Source: an uncultured Gemmatimonadaceae bacterium
Lineage (GTDB): Bacteria; Gemmatimonadota; Gemmatimonadetes; Gemmatimonadales; Gemmatimonadaceae
Length of the DNA: 64,000 nt
Assembly (NCBI GenBank): GCA_963716745.1
Contig: OY970320.1
Coordinates: forward strand, 2,464,001-2,528,000
Direction: 5' to 3'
The stretch's first letter is position 1, and every line of letters begins with the position of its first letter. Under the pieces are notes generated by a model. It worked only from the letters and a program-made list of their open reading frames with translations. It searched no databases and had not been told where the DNA came from. The translations under genes were made by a program, and so were the position numbers. Shown here one piece after another: positions 1 to 9,640 of the stretch.

Positions 1-838
1 ACGCGATGTCGGCGGAGTCATCGGCGATCATGACGTACGCGCGCAGCGTGAGCTTGCCGGCCTTCGCGATCTCCTCGTAGAGATCGATCGTCGCGCGCGA
101 TTCGCCGGCGTCGTCGATGCCGGTGAGTCCCCAGCGATTCGCTTCGGCGATCGCCGCCTGCAGCGCCGCCTTCCGTTGTTCGCGCGACATGGGCGGGATC
201 GCGCGGTCGATGAGTCCCTGCGCGTTGTCCACGAACACGCCGGCGGGCGCGCCGTTCGCCTCGCGTTCGATGCGGCCGCCGTCGGGATCGTGCGTGGCCG
301 CGGACACGCCCGCCGCCTTGATCGCCATCGCGTTCGCGAGTACGGCGTGCCCGTCGATGCGCTCGAGCACCACCGGATGATCGGGCACGGCGGCGGACAA
401 TTTCTCCTGCGTGGGGAATCGCGTGTCGCCCCAGTGGTTCTGATCCCAACCGCGGCCGGTGATCCACGATCCCGCGGGCGCATTCTTCGCGCGCGCGACC
501 ACGCGCGCGATCACTTCGTCGTAACTCTTCGTGCCCACGAGATCCACGGACGACAACGCGATCCCGAGGCCCAGCATGTGCGCGTGCGCGTCGGTGATGC
601 CGGGCACGATCGTGCGGCCGCTGTAGTCGGCGACTTTCGTGTTCGCGCCCTTGAGCGCCATCGCGCCCCGCAGCGAACCGACGAACACCACCTTGCCGCC
701 TCTGATCGCCATCGCCTCGGCGATCGGGCGCGCATCGTCCACCGTATAGATGCGCGCGCCGGTGATGATGAGATCGGCCTGCTGCGCGTGGGCCGCGGCC
801 GCGAGCGCGATCAGCGCGGCGATGAGTGAGCGCTTCAT
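1..838 (-). CDS. Amidohydrolase family 3 (YtcJ-like), exported; runs off the window start
   Basis: Read manually: MKRSLIAALIALAAAAHAQQADLIITGARIYTVD...VPGITDAHAH...GRGWDQNHW...RIDGHA. It has a signal peptide and the DxHxH metal motif. The ATG overlaps the OPT stop. Confidence 0.9.
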   Translation of the reverse strand, partial: MKRSLIAALIALAAAAHAQQADLIITGARIYTVDDARPIAEAMAIRGGKVVFVGSLRGAMALKGANTKVADYSGRTIVPGITDAHAHMLGLGIALSSVDLVGTKSYDEVIARVVARAKNAPAGSWITGRGWDQNHWGDTRFPTQEKLSAAVPDHPVVLERIDGHAVLANAMAIKAAGVSAATHDPDGGRIEREANGAPAGVFVDNAQGLIDRAIPPMSREQRKAALQAAIAEANRWGLTGIDDAGESRATIDLYEEIAKAGKLTLRAYVMIADDSADIA

Positions 839-2976
839 GTCGTTCTCCTTCCTACGCGGTACAAAGGATATGCGAGCGCGAGCACGTAGATCACCATCGC
901 CGCGAGCGCGCTATTGGAAACGACGGGCAGCAAGTTGGAGAGGTCGAACATCGCGTCCGTGCCCTTCGCCTGGAACGCCGCGATCACGACGCCCATGATC
1001 GCGCCGCCGGCGATGAGCCCCGAACTGAATAGTACGCCCGGCCCCGAGTCGCCCGCGTTCGACGCCTTCGCAGCAGGATCCAGGTTCCGCTCGACGAACC
1101 ACCGCACCACACCGCCCATGAACATCGTTGCCGAAGTCGAGATCGGCAGGTAGACGCCGACCGCCACCGGCAGCGATGGGACGCCGAGCAATTCGCAGGC
1201 GATGGCGATGAACGCGCCGATGAGAATAAGCCCCCACGGCAGTCTCTGCGTGAGGATGCCATCGACCACGAGCGCCATGATCTGCGCCTTGGGCGAATCG
1301 AGTTTGTCCTTCGTGACGCCGCGCACGTCGACTGGCTCGCGGCCGCCGATGCCGGGGTCGACGAGATAGGCGATCGCGCCCGTGCTGTCCACGAGATACT
1401 TGCCCGCAGGCGCGCCGCCGGTCAGTTCGGTGAGGTGACCCACACGGTACCAGACGCCTCTCACCGAGTCACGTGCGCCCGGCTCGATGTCGGTGACGAC
1501 GACGCCGGGATACGACCGCGCCACCTCGGTGCTCTTCGCGTTGTTCAGGAAGGAGATCATGCCGCCGATGAGCACGGCCGATGTGGTGACGCCGAAGAGC
1601 AGGCCGATCTGCTGGCGCGCGGGCGTCGCGCCCACGAGGAAGCCGGTCTTGAGGTCCTGCGATGTGGCGCCCGCGACGGCGCTGGCCACGCACACGATGC
1701 CGCCGACGGTCAACGCGAGCACGCGATGTTCGATGCCGGTGTGGCCGATCGCGAGGAAGATGAGCGACGTGAGCAGCACCGCCGCGACGGTCATACCGCT
1801 GATCGGGTTCGACGAACTGCCGATCTGCCCAGTGATCCGGCTCGAGACGGTCACGAACAGGAATGCGAAGAGCACCGCGAGCACCGCGGCGAGCAGCGAG
1901 AGATGGATCTGCGGCAGCACCATCATGAGGATCACGAGCGCGAGCGAACCGCCGGCCACGATGCCGATGGGGAGATCGCGCTCGGTGCGGATGTCGGCCT
2001 TCTTCTCGCCCTTGGCCGCCGCCCCGCGGAGGCCGCGCGTCAACGCCGAAAGGATGGTCGGCAGCGAACGCCCGAGCGAGATGAGGCCGGCCGCCGTCAC
2101 CGCGCCCGCGCCAATGTAATAGACGTAGTTGGCGCGCACGGTCATCGCATCCATGCTCGAGATCAGCGTGGTCGCCGGCGGGATGATGGTGGTGAGCCCC
2201 GCGCCGAAGAGCTTGATCGCCGGAATGAGCACGAAGAACGAGATGCAGCCGCCGGCGAACAGATAGCCGGCGATCCGCGGCCCGATGATGTAGCCGACGC
2301 CGGTGAGTTCGGGACTCACCTCCGCGCGGATCTCGCCGAAGAGCTGCGCCGGCTTGCCGGGCACGAGCTTCTCGAACACGTGACGCGGCACCTCCTGCCA
2401 CAGCTTGAGCAGCGCGTTCGCGAACTTGTACAGCGACGCGAGGCCGAACCCCATGAACACGGTGCGCGCCTGCACGCCGCGCTCCTCGCCCACGATGAGC
2501 ACCTCGGCGGCCGCGGTGCCCTCGGGATACTTGAGATTGTCGTGCTCCTTCACGATCAGGTCGTGGCGCAGCGGGATCATGAGCAGCACGCCGAGCAATC
2601 CGCCCACGACGGCGACCGCGGTGACCGTGGTCCATGGGAGCGAGTAGCCGAGCAGCAGCAGCGCCGGCATCGTGAACACGACGCCCGCGGCGATCGACTC
2701 GCCCGCGGAGCCGGTGGTCTGCACCATGTTGTTCTGCAGGATCGTCGCCGGCGTCGCGCGGAAGGCGCGCGAGAGATAGCGGAAGATCGTGATCGAGAGC
2801 ACCGAGATCGGAATGGATGCGCTCACCGTGAGCCCGACCTTGAGCGCGAGATACACGCTCGAGGCCGCGAAGACGAGGCCGAGCAGGATCCCCAGGACGA
2901 TCGCGCCGGGAGTGAGTTCGCGGAGGAGGGTACTCGCGGCGACGTACGGAGAGCGGGAGGCGTGGGGCGCGGACAT
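835..2976 (-). CDS. OPT-family oligopeptide transporter
   Basis: YLALKVGLTVSASIP, ILQNNMVQTTGSAGES, YPEGTA, SSNPISGM and QDLKTGFLVGATP motifs; many TM helices. Start taken at ATG 2976. Confidence 0.93.
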   Translation of the reverse strand: MSAPHASRSPYVAASTLLRELTPGAIVLGILLGLVFAASSVYLALKVGLTVSASIPISVLSITIFRYLSRAFRATPATILQNNMVQTTGSAGESIAAGVVFTMPALLLLGYSLPWTTVTAVAVVGGLLGVLLMIPLRHDLIVKEHDNLKYPEGTAAAEVLIVGEERGVQARTVFMGFGLASLYKFANALLKLWQEVPRHVFEKLVPGKPAQLFGEIRAEVSPELTGVGYIIGPRIAGYLFAGGCISFFVLIPAIKLFGAGLTTIIPPATTLISSMDAMTVRANYVYYIGAGAVTAAGLISLGRSLPTILSALTRGLRGAAAKGEKKADIRTERDLPIGIVAGGSLALVILMMVLPQIHLSLLAAVLAVLFAFLFVTVSSRITGQIGSSSNPISGMTVAAVLLTSLIFLAIGHTGIEHRVLALTVGGIVCVASAVAGATSQDLKTGFLVGATPARQQIGLLFGVTTSAVLIGGMISFLNNAKSTEVARSYPGVVVTDIEPGARDSVRGVWYRVGHLTELTGGAPAGKYLVDSTGAIAYLVDPGIGGREPVDVRGVTKDKLDSPKAQIMALVVDGILTQRLPWGLILIGAFIAIACELLGVPSLPVAVGVYLPISTSATMFMGGVVRWFVERNLDPAAKASNAGDSGPGVLFSSGLIAGGAIMGVVIAAFQAKGTDAMFDLSNLLPVVSNSALAAMVIYVLALAYPLYRVGRRTT

Positions 2977-3067
2977 CAGAGCTCCAGGGGTTTGGCGCGG
3001 GGGTGAATATGAGACTCGCGACAAGGCGGTTGCTAGAACCCCGGAGTGCGTGAGTAGCGCACCCCGC

Positions 3068-3315
3068 AACGCCGTGCGATCGTACCCCGAACGCCGTGAG
3101 TGCCGAGTCGTGCGTCGTGACCGACTGAACGGCGGCGTGACTCGCACCCCGAACGCCGTGAGTCGTGCGTCCTACGACTCACGGCGCACGGTCGTTCAGG
3201 GTTGCGACGCACGCCTTAAGTCCAGTACGACGCACGACTCGGAACTCACGGCGTTCGGGGTACGAGTCACGGCGTTAGGGTTACGACTTACGCCGTTCGG
3301 GTCGCGACTCACGCC
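3068..3315. repeat. Composite palindromic element (~50-bp inverted arms, inner 13-bp hairpin, 21-bp tandem units)
   Basis: Arm 3068-3118 pairs with arm 3227-3276. Inner stem CGCCGTGAGTCGT/ACGACTCACGGCG at about 3154-3186. Degenerate 21-mers ACTCACGGCGTTCGGGGTACG at about 3244-3315. Confidence 0.85.
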
Positions 3316-4265
3316 TTCTGCCGTGCAAGCCTCTTGATCAGCACGATCACACCAATGACCATCCCCGCCAGCACGATCAACGTGGGAATGATGGTCCCCA
3401 GCGCCGCGATGAACCGCGCCACGAACGTCACGAAGTTCCTCCACGACTGCCTGAACGCATCCGCAATCACATTCCCGCTCCCGCGCTGGCCGACGACCGG
3501 GTATGCCTCGTGCACGGTGATGCTCAGCGAACTCACCGACGTGCGCGCCCGCAGGTAGCGGAGCCGGCCGTCCATGCGCTCGATGTCCTCGCGCACGCGC
3601 GCCAATTCGCGCTCCACGTCCAGCACATCCTTGAGCTTGCCGGTCTTGGTCTCGAGCACCTGGATGAGCCGCTCTTCCAGTCGCCGCGAATTGGCGGCGC
3701 GCGCGGTCACGTCAACGAATTCCTCGCCGACGTCCTCCGCTTGCACGTTCACGGATTCGACGTGGCCGAGCGGCGTGAGGCCGTCGATCGCCTGGTCGAA
3801 GCGCGAGCTGGGGAGCCGGATCTCGAGTGTGGCCGACTTGATCTGATTGGGGCCCGCCTGCATCTGCGTGTTCGCCACGAACCCGCCCACGCGCGCCGCC
3901 AATGCGCGCACGCGCTGAACGCCGTCGGCCAGCGTATCCACCTGCACCGACGCGTTGCCGGTGCGAATGATCATCGTCGGCGCGAGCGTCTCGGCGCCGA
4001 ACGCGGCGTTGGTGTGCGCTGCGCTCTGGGATTGGGATTCCTCATCGGCTTCGGGAGCGGTCTTGGCGGTGCCCGCCATCCGGCCGGCGACGGAAATGTC
4101 CTTCGCCCTGAGCGCGTTCACGGACGCCGGCGAACCCATGGGCTGATTCGCCCCTTCGTCGCGGCGTTCGTTCTGCATCTCGGCATCTTCCGCCTTGTTG
4201 CTCGCGTCGTTGCACGCGGCAATGAGAGCGATGGCGGCGAGCGTGGCGATCATGGTGCGGCGCAT
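3309..4265 (-). CDS. DUF4349 lipoprotein
   Basis: Lipobox IAAC, MIIRTGNASVQV, EDVGEEFVD, coiled coil and a C-terminal TM helix. Confidence 0.85.
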   Translation of the reverse strand: MRRTMIATLAAIALIAACNDASNKAEDAEMQNERRDEGANQPMGSPASVNALRAKDISVAGRMAGTAKTAPEADEESQSQSAAHTNAAFGAETLAPTMIIRTGNASVQVDTLADGVQRVRALAARVGGFVANTQMQAGPNQIKSATLEIRLPSSRFDQAIDGLTPLGHVESVNVQAEDVGEEFVDVTARAANSRRLEERLIQVLETKTGKLKDVLDVERELARVREDIERMDGRLRYLRARTSVSSLSITVHEAYPVVGQRGSGNVIADAFRQSWRNFVTFVARFIAALGTIIPTLIVLAGMVIGVIVLIKRLARQKA

Positions 4266-4388
4266 GGTGTTCCTCGTGTGCTAGGGTCGGGGGTGACAGC
4301 CGCACAGGGGACGCCACGTGCCCCGGGGTTTGCACAGGCGATGCGCGCGAGGGATATTGGAGGTCACACCTTCACGAAAAGCTCATCA

Positions 4389-6188
4389 ATGATTCGTCGT
4401 CTCTTCGTTCCCGCCCTGCTGCTGGCGGCTCCGGCGCTGGGCGCGCAGGCGGCGCACAACGCCGCGCAATCGGCGCCGGTGTCCGACGTCACCTACCGCG
4501 TCACGTTCGACCGGCAGCTCGCGGCCAAGCGCGCGGTGCAGGTCGAGATGAATTTCAAGACCGGCGGGAACGCGCCCGTCATCCTGTCGCTGCCGGCGTG
4601 GACGCCCGGCGCGTACGAGATCAGCTACTTCGCCCGCTGGGTCACGAACTTCTCGGTCACGTCGAGCGGCAAACCGCTCAGCTGGGAGAAGACGGACTAC
4701 GACACGTGGCGCATCCTGCCGGCCGGCGCGACACAGGTGAGCGTCGACTTCGAATACCGCGCCGATTCCCTCGACAACGCGATGGCGTGGGCGCGCCCCG
4801 ACTTCCTGATGTTCAACGGAACGAACCTGTTCCTCTATCCCGAAGGCCGCAGCCCGGATTTCCCCGCGCTCGTGCGCATCGTCACCGACACCGCGTGGCG
4901 GATCGTCACCGGAATGACGGCCTCAGGCGCGCCGAACACCTTTGCCGCGACGAACTATCACGATCTCGTGGACATGCCCTTCTTCGTGGGGCGCGTCGGG
5001 ATCGACAGCACGCGCGTGGGCGCCACGTGGGCCCGGCTCGCCTGGTATCCGATCGAGAGCGTTCCCTCGAATGAGCGCGCGCGCGAGATCTTCCAGATCG
5101 CGAAGCTCATCCCGGTGGAATCCGCCGTGTTCGGCGAGACGCCGTGGAAGAGCTATACGGTGATGCAGCTCGCCGATTCCTCCTTTGGCGGCCTCTCCGG
5201 CCTCGAGCACCAGAATTCGCACGTGGACATCATCACGCCGCTCGCGGTGGGCGATCCGATCCTCGGGAGCTTCTACGCGCACGAGATCTTCCACGCCTGG
5301 AACGTGAAGCGCCTGCGCCCCGCGGAGCTCTGGCCCTACGACTACGCCCGCGAGCAGCCCACGCCCTGGCTCTGGGTGAGCGAAGGGATCACCGACTACT
5401 ACGCCGACCTGTCCCAGGTGCGCGCCGGGCTCATCGACAGCGCGGGCTTCTTCGAGCTCACCGCCGGAAAGATCGCGCACGTCGCGAACACGCGGATCAT
5501 CGCGCTCAACGACGCGTCGCTCAACGCGTGGATCCATCCGGTGGATGGCACGGACGACATCTACTATGACAAGGGCTCGCTCGCCGGCCTCATGCTCGAC
5601 ATCCTCATTCGCGATGCGAGCGACAACAAGCGGTCGCTCGACGACGTGATGCGCAACCTCTACCGCGATGCATACAAGAAGGGCGCCGGTTTCACGGCGG
5701 CGCAGTGGTGGAGCGCGGTGAGCGCGGCCGCGGGCGGGAAGTCGTTCACCGACTTCAACGCGCGCTACATCGAAGGGCGCGATCCGTTCCCATGGAGCAC
5801 GGTGCTCCCGTTGGCTGGTCTCACGCTCAGCGCCGATACAGTACGTTCGCCCGCGCTCGGCATCACGTACGAGCGCGACAGCGTGGGCGCGATCGTGATC
5901 GCGACGATCGATCCGGGTGGGATGGCCGCCGAGGCGGGTGTACGGCCGGGCGACGTGCTGATGGCGGTGGGCGATGTCGCCGCGACCGACCGTGGCTTCC
6001 TCGGCGGCGCGATGTCGCGCTATCACACCGCGGGTGAGACCGTGCCCCTCAAGGTGCGGCGCGGTTCCGCGACGCTCTCGCTGCCGGCCCGCGTGCAGAT
6101 CCGGGAGCGCGTGACCGCCACGATCAACGCCGATCCGAGGGCCAGCACGAAGGCTGTCGCGATCCGCTCGGGGCTGATGCGCCCCTAG
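4389..6188 (+). CDS. M61 glycyl aminopeptidase with C-terminal PDZ domain
   Basis: Signal peptide MIRRLFVPALL; LPAWTPGAY, GLEH, HEIFHAWNVKRLRP, EGITDYY and YYDKG motifs; PDZ-like GVRPGDVL. Confidence 0.92.
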   Translation: MIRRLFVPALLLAAPALGAQAAHNAAQSAPVSDVTYRVTFDRQLAAKRAVQVEMNFKTGGNAPVILSLPAWTPGAYEISYFARWVTNFSVTSSGKPLSWEKTDYDTWRILPAGATQVSVDFEYRADSLDNAMAWARPDFLMFNGTNLFLYPEGRSPDFPALVRIVTDTAWRIVTGMTASGAPNTFAATNYHDLVDMPFFVGRVGIDSTRVGATWARLAWYPIESVPSNERAREIFQIAKLIPVESAVFGETPWKSYTVMQLADSSFGGLSGLEHQNSHVDIITPLAVGDPILGSFYAHEIFHAWNVKRLRPAELWPYDYAREQPTPWLWVSEGITDYYADLSQVRAGLIDSAGFFELTAGKIAHVANTRIIALNDASLNAWIHPVDGTDDIYYDKGSLAGLMLDILIRDASDNKRSLDDVMRNLYRDAYKKGAGFTAAQWWSAVSAAAGGKSFTDFNARYIEGRDPFPWSTVLPLAGLTLSADTVRSPALGITYERDSVGAIVIATIDPGGMAAEAGVRPGDVLMAVGDVAATDRGFLGGAMSRYHTAGETVPLKVRRGSATLSLPARVQIRERVTATINADPRASTKAVAIRSGLMRP

Positions 6189-6191
6189 CGG

Positions 6192-7620
6192 TCAGCGCTT
6201 CATCGCCGCTTCGATCTCCGCGATCTCCCGCGGCGCGCGCGAGATCCACTCGACGCCGGTCGCGGTCGCGAAATAGTCGTCCTCGATGCGCACGCCGGTG
6301 TCTCTGAAGCGCTCGAAGGCGGGACGCACTCTCGCGATCAGCGCGCGATTGCGCGGGCGTGTCGGGCAGGATGTCCAGTGCGTTCCCGCGCACGTAGAGT
6401 CCCGGTTCGATCGTGAATGCCGCGCCCGGCAGGATCAGATAGGGCGGGTAGTACCACGGCGCCGAATCGTGCACCTCGAGGCCGATCCCGTGGCCGAGCG
6501 CATGATTGTAGTAGAGCGAGAGCTGCCGGCAGCCGTCGCGCACTTCGAAAGTGCAACTTCCTCTCGGGGCATCGTACAGCGCATCCGCGCTCTCGATGAG
6601 GCCGAGTTTCACGAGCCCGGCCGCGAGCACGGCGTTCGCAGAGTCGCTCATCATGTGCGCCGCGCGCCCGACCACCGCCTGCCGCTCCGCCGCCGCCTGC
6701 GCGTCGCGCACCACTTGATACAGCGCGCGCTGGTCCGGGGTGAACACGCCGTTCACCGGCAGCGTGCGCGTGACATCCGCGGCGTAGCCGCGCCAGCTCG
6801 CGCCAATGTCCATCACGACGAGTTCGCCGGCGAGCATCACGCGTTCGTTCTTGTCATAGTGGAGCGACGTGCTGTTCGCGCCGGAGCCTACAATGCTCGA
6901 GAAGCTCGGCCGCTCGGCGCCCGCTTTCCGAAACGTGTACTCGATCGTTGCCTGCACTTCGTACTCGCCCACGCCCGGGGCCACGACTTTCAGCGCCGCG
7001 CGCTGCGCGTCGGCCGTGATCTCGATCGCGCGGCGGAGCAGTGCGAACTCGGCGTCGCTGTGCCGCGCCCGCAGCGAGTCCTCGAGGTTCGAGGCGTCCA
7101 CGATCTGCAATCCGGGATGCGTGCGACGGAACGAGGCGACGAGCTGGTCATCGGCGGAGAGTACGGCGCTCGCGTCCAGATCGCCGAGGACGTAGAGCGT
7201 GCGCACGCCGGCGAGCGCGCTGTCCACCGCGGGGCGGAAGCTCGACGCCGGGAGCGCCGCCATGCCGGTGAGCGCCGCGGCGCCGGCGGGGCCGAGCCGT
7301 GTGCCCGTCCACGCTTCGCGCGCGGGATCGCGTGGCGCGACGAAGATCGTGGCCGTCGATCTCGCGCCGCGCTTTACGAGGAGCAGCGAGGCGTCCGGTT
7401 CGAGATAGCCGGTGAGATACCAGAATCGCGGCGTCTGGAAGAAGCTGATGAAGTCCTCGCGTGGCTCCCCCGCGCCGAGCACGATCGCGACGGCCGTGTC
7501 GGGCAGCCGCGCGAGGAAGTCCGCGCGGCGCTGCGCGTACTCGGGCTGGGCGACTTGCGCGCCGAGCTGTCCGGCGAACGCGACGAGAACGAGGATCGAG
7601 GAACGCAGCGTCATGCGCAT
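6192..7620 (-). CDS. pepP: Xaa-Pro aminopeptidase (M24B), exported; one frameshift near 6350
   Basis: FWYLTG, LHY, DIGASWRGYAADVTRT, HALGHGIGLEVHD and TIEPGLY motifs. GVRIEDD and the C-terminus lie in another frame. Confidence 0.87.
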
Positions 7621-7701
7621 CGTGTTGGGCCTTGTCAGTTGGTCGACCACGGTTACTATGGAGGCGAACGCGATCATTCCCCATCCTCAGGAAAGGAGAA
7701 T

Positions 7702-8409
7702 ATGGCGACCGGTCAGGCCCCAGAGACAGCGGCGAAGGCATCCGTGTTCGAAGATTTCATCGACATCTTCACCTCGCCGGCCGAGGTGTTCCAGCGCCGG
7801 ATGGGCGCGAACGTGTGGCTGCAAATGCTCGTGCTCACCGTGCTCGCCGTCGTGATGTTCCTCGTCACGCGCAGCATCCTCGCGCCGATCTTCGACGCGG
7901 AGATGGCGCGCGCGTTCGCGAAGAATCCGGGCATGACCGCGGACCAGATCGAGTCGGGAAAAGCGATGGCCGCCAAGATCGGACCCATCGCGATCGCGAT
8001 CAGCATCCCGATCAGCATGTTCTTCACCGGACTCTTCGTGTGGCTCTGCGGGAAGATCTTCGGGGCGAAGCAGGCGTTCGGCGACGCGGTCATGGTCGCG
8101 ACGTACGCATGGATCCCGCGCCTCCTGGCGTTCGTGGTCGCCGCGGTCATGGGTGCGATGATGGATGCATCCAAGATGGTCGGGCTGTTCAGCGCAAGCC
8201 TGAGCGTGGGCAAGTTCCTCGATCCCGACACCACGTCGCGGGCGATGTACATCCTGGCCGGTCGCATTGATCTGTTCGTGATCTGGCAGACGGTCCTGCT
8301 CGCGATCGGCCTCTCGGTCACCGGCAAGATCACGCGGTCGCAGGCGTACATCGCGGCGGCGATCGTGTGGCTGATCGGCACGGGCGCGTCGATGATGTTC
8401 CAGCGCTGA
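7702..8409 (+). CDS. Yip1-family membrane protein
   Basis: RBS GGAG; IFTSPAEVF N-terminal motif; about 5 TM helices. Confidence 0.8.
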   Translation: MATGQAPETAAKASVFEDFIDIFTSPAEVFQRRMGANVWLQMLVLTVLAVVMFLVTRSILAPIFDAEMARAFAKNPGMTADQIESGKAMAAKIGPIAIAISIPISMFFTGLFVWLCGKIFGAKQAFGDAVMVATYAWIPRLLAFVVAAVMGAMMDASKMVGLFSASLSVGKFLDPDTTSRAMYILAGRIDLFVIWQTVLLAIGLSVTGKITRSQAYIAAAIVWLIGTGASMMFQR

Positions 8410-8430
8410 GTCGGGAGTTCCAGCCGTTCC

Positions 8431-8461
8431 ACGCGCGGCGCCGGTCTCCGGCGCCGCGCGT
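8431..8461. terminator. 14-bp hairpin between convergent genes
   Basis: ACGCGCGGCGCCGG-TCT-CCGGCGCCGCGCGT. Confidence 0.6.
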
Positions 8462-8463
8462 TC

Positions 8464-9621
8464 TCATTTCAGCAGCAGCTTCGCGATGGTCTGGAGCTGC
8501 ATGTTCGACGTGCCCTCGTAGATCGTGCCGATCTTCGCGTCGCGATAGAACTTCTCGGCGGGATAGTCCTTCGTGTAGCCGTATCCGCCGTGCAGCTCGA
8601 GGCAGAGCGACGTGACACGCTCGGCCACCTGGCTCGAGAAGAGCTTGGCCATCGCCGCGCGCTTCGTGAACTCCACGCCGCTATCCTTGAGCCGCGCCGC
8701 GTCGTACACCATGAGGCGCGCCGCCTCGAGCTCCGTGGCCGCCTGCGCGAGCTGGAACTGTACCGCCTGGAAATCCGCGACCGGCTTCCCGAACTGCTTG
8801 CGCTCCTTCACGAACGCGATCGCCGCGTCGAGCGCGCCGCGGGCGACGCCGATCATTTGCGCGCCGATGCCGATGCGTCCGGTGTTCAGCGTCTCGATCG
8901 CGATCTTGTAGCCCTGGCCCGCGGGACCGAGCACGTTCGCCGCGGGCACTTCGCATCCGTCGAGGATCAACTCGGTGGTGCTGCTCGCGCGAATGCCGAG
9001 CTTGTCCTCCTTCTTGCCCACTGAGAATCCTTTGAAGCCGCGCTCCACCACGAACGCCGTGATGCCCTTGTAGCCGGCCGCGGGATCGGCGTTCGCGAAG
9101 ATCACATAGATCTCGGCCTCGGCGCCGTTCGTGATCCAGAGTTTGCGCCCGTTCAACACCCAGCCTTGTCCCTTCTTCTCCGCGCGCGTGGAGAGGCCGA
9201 AGGCGTCGGAGCCCGAGCCCGGCTCGGACAGCGCGTACGCGCCCACGCTCTTCGCCGCGAGGCGCGGGAGGTATCGCGACTTCACGTCGTCGCTCCCGTA
9301 GCGCGCGATCGGATAATTCACGAGCGTGTTCTGAACGTCCACCATGATCGCGGACGACGCATCGACGCGGCTGATCGCCTCGACGGCGATCGCCACCATC
9401 GCGAGCGACCCGCCGGCGCCGCCGTATTGCTCGGGCACCTCGATCCCCATCAAGCCGAGTTCGAAGAACTTCGGGATCAGGTCATCGTCGAGTTTCGCGG
9501 CGCGGTCCATCGCCATCGCGCGCGGACGCACTTCGGCTTCGGCGAACTGCGCGACGGCGTCCTGGAACGCGCTCTCGTCGCCGGAAAGGGTCGACAGGGC
9601 TGCTCTGATAGGCTCGGTCAT
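8464..9621 (-). CDS. Short/branched-chain acyl-CoA dehydrogenase
   Basis: YALSEPGSGSDA, KLWITNG, KLGIRASST, ERKQFG, HGGYGY and IYEGTSNMQ motifs. Confidence 0.95.
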   Translation of the reverse strand: MTEPIRAALSTLSGDESAFQDAVAQFAEAEVRPRAMAMDRAAKLDDDLIPKFFELGLMGIEVPEQYGGAGGSLAMVAIAVEAISRVDASSAIMVDVQNTLVNYPIARYGSDDVKSRYLPRLAAKSVGAYALSEPGSGSDAFGLSTRAEKKGQGWVLNGRKLWITNGAEAEIYVIFANADPAAGYKGITAFVVERGFKGFSVGKKEDKLGIRASSTTELILDGCEVPAANVLGPAGQGYKIAIETLNTGRIGIGAQMIGVARGALDAAIAFVKERKQFGKPVADFQAVQFQLAQAATELEAARLMVYDAARLKDSGVEFTKRAAMAKLFSSQVAERVTSLCLELHGGYGYTKDYPAEKFYRDAKIGTIYEGTSNMQLQTIAKLLLK

Positions 9622-9640
9622 CCCGGAAAACTAATATTCC

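Noticed and set aside
3244..3315. CRISPR array
   Set aside because: The 21-bp units are directly tandem and degenerate, there are no unique spacers, and no cas genes are present.
3510..4388. N-terminal extensions given by the ORF track (M61, Yip1, HAD, epimerase, glcF, pduO)
   Set aside because: They overlap genuine neighbouring genes. Downstream starts with a signal peptide, RBS or coupled stop fit better.
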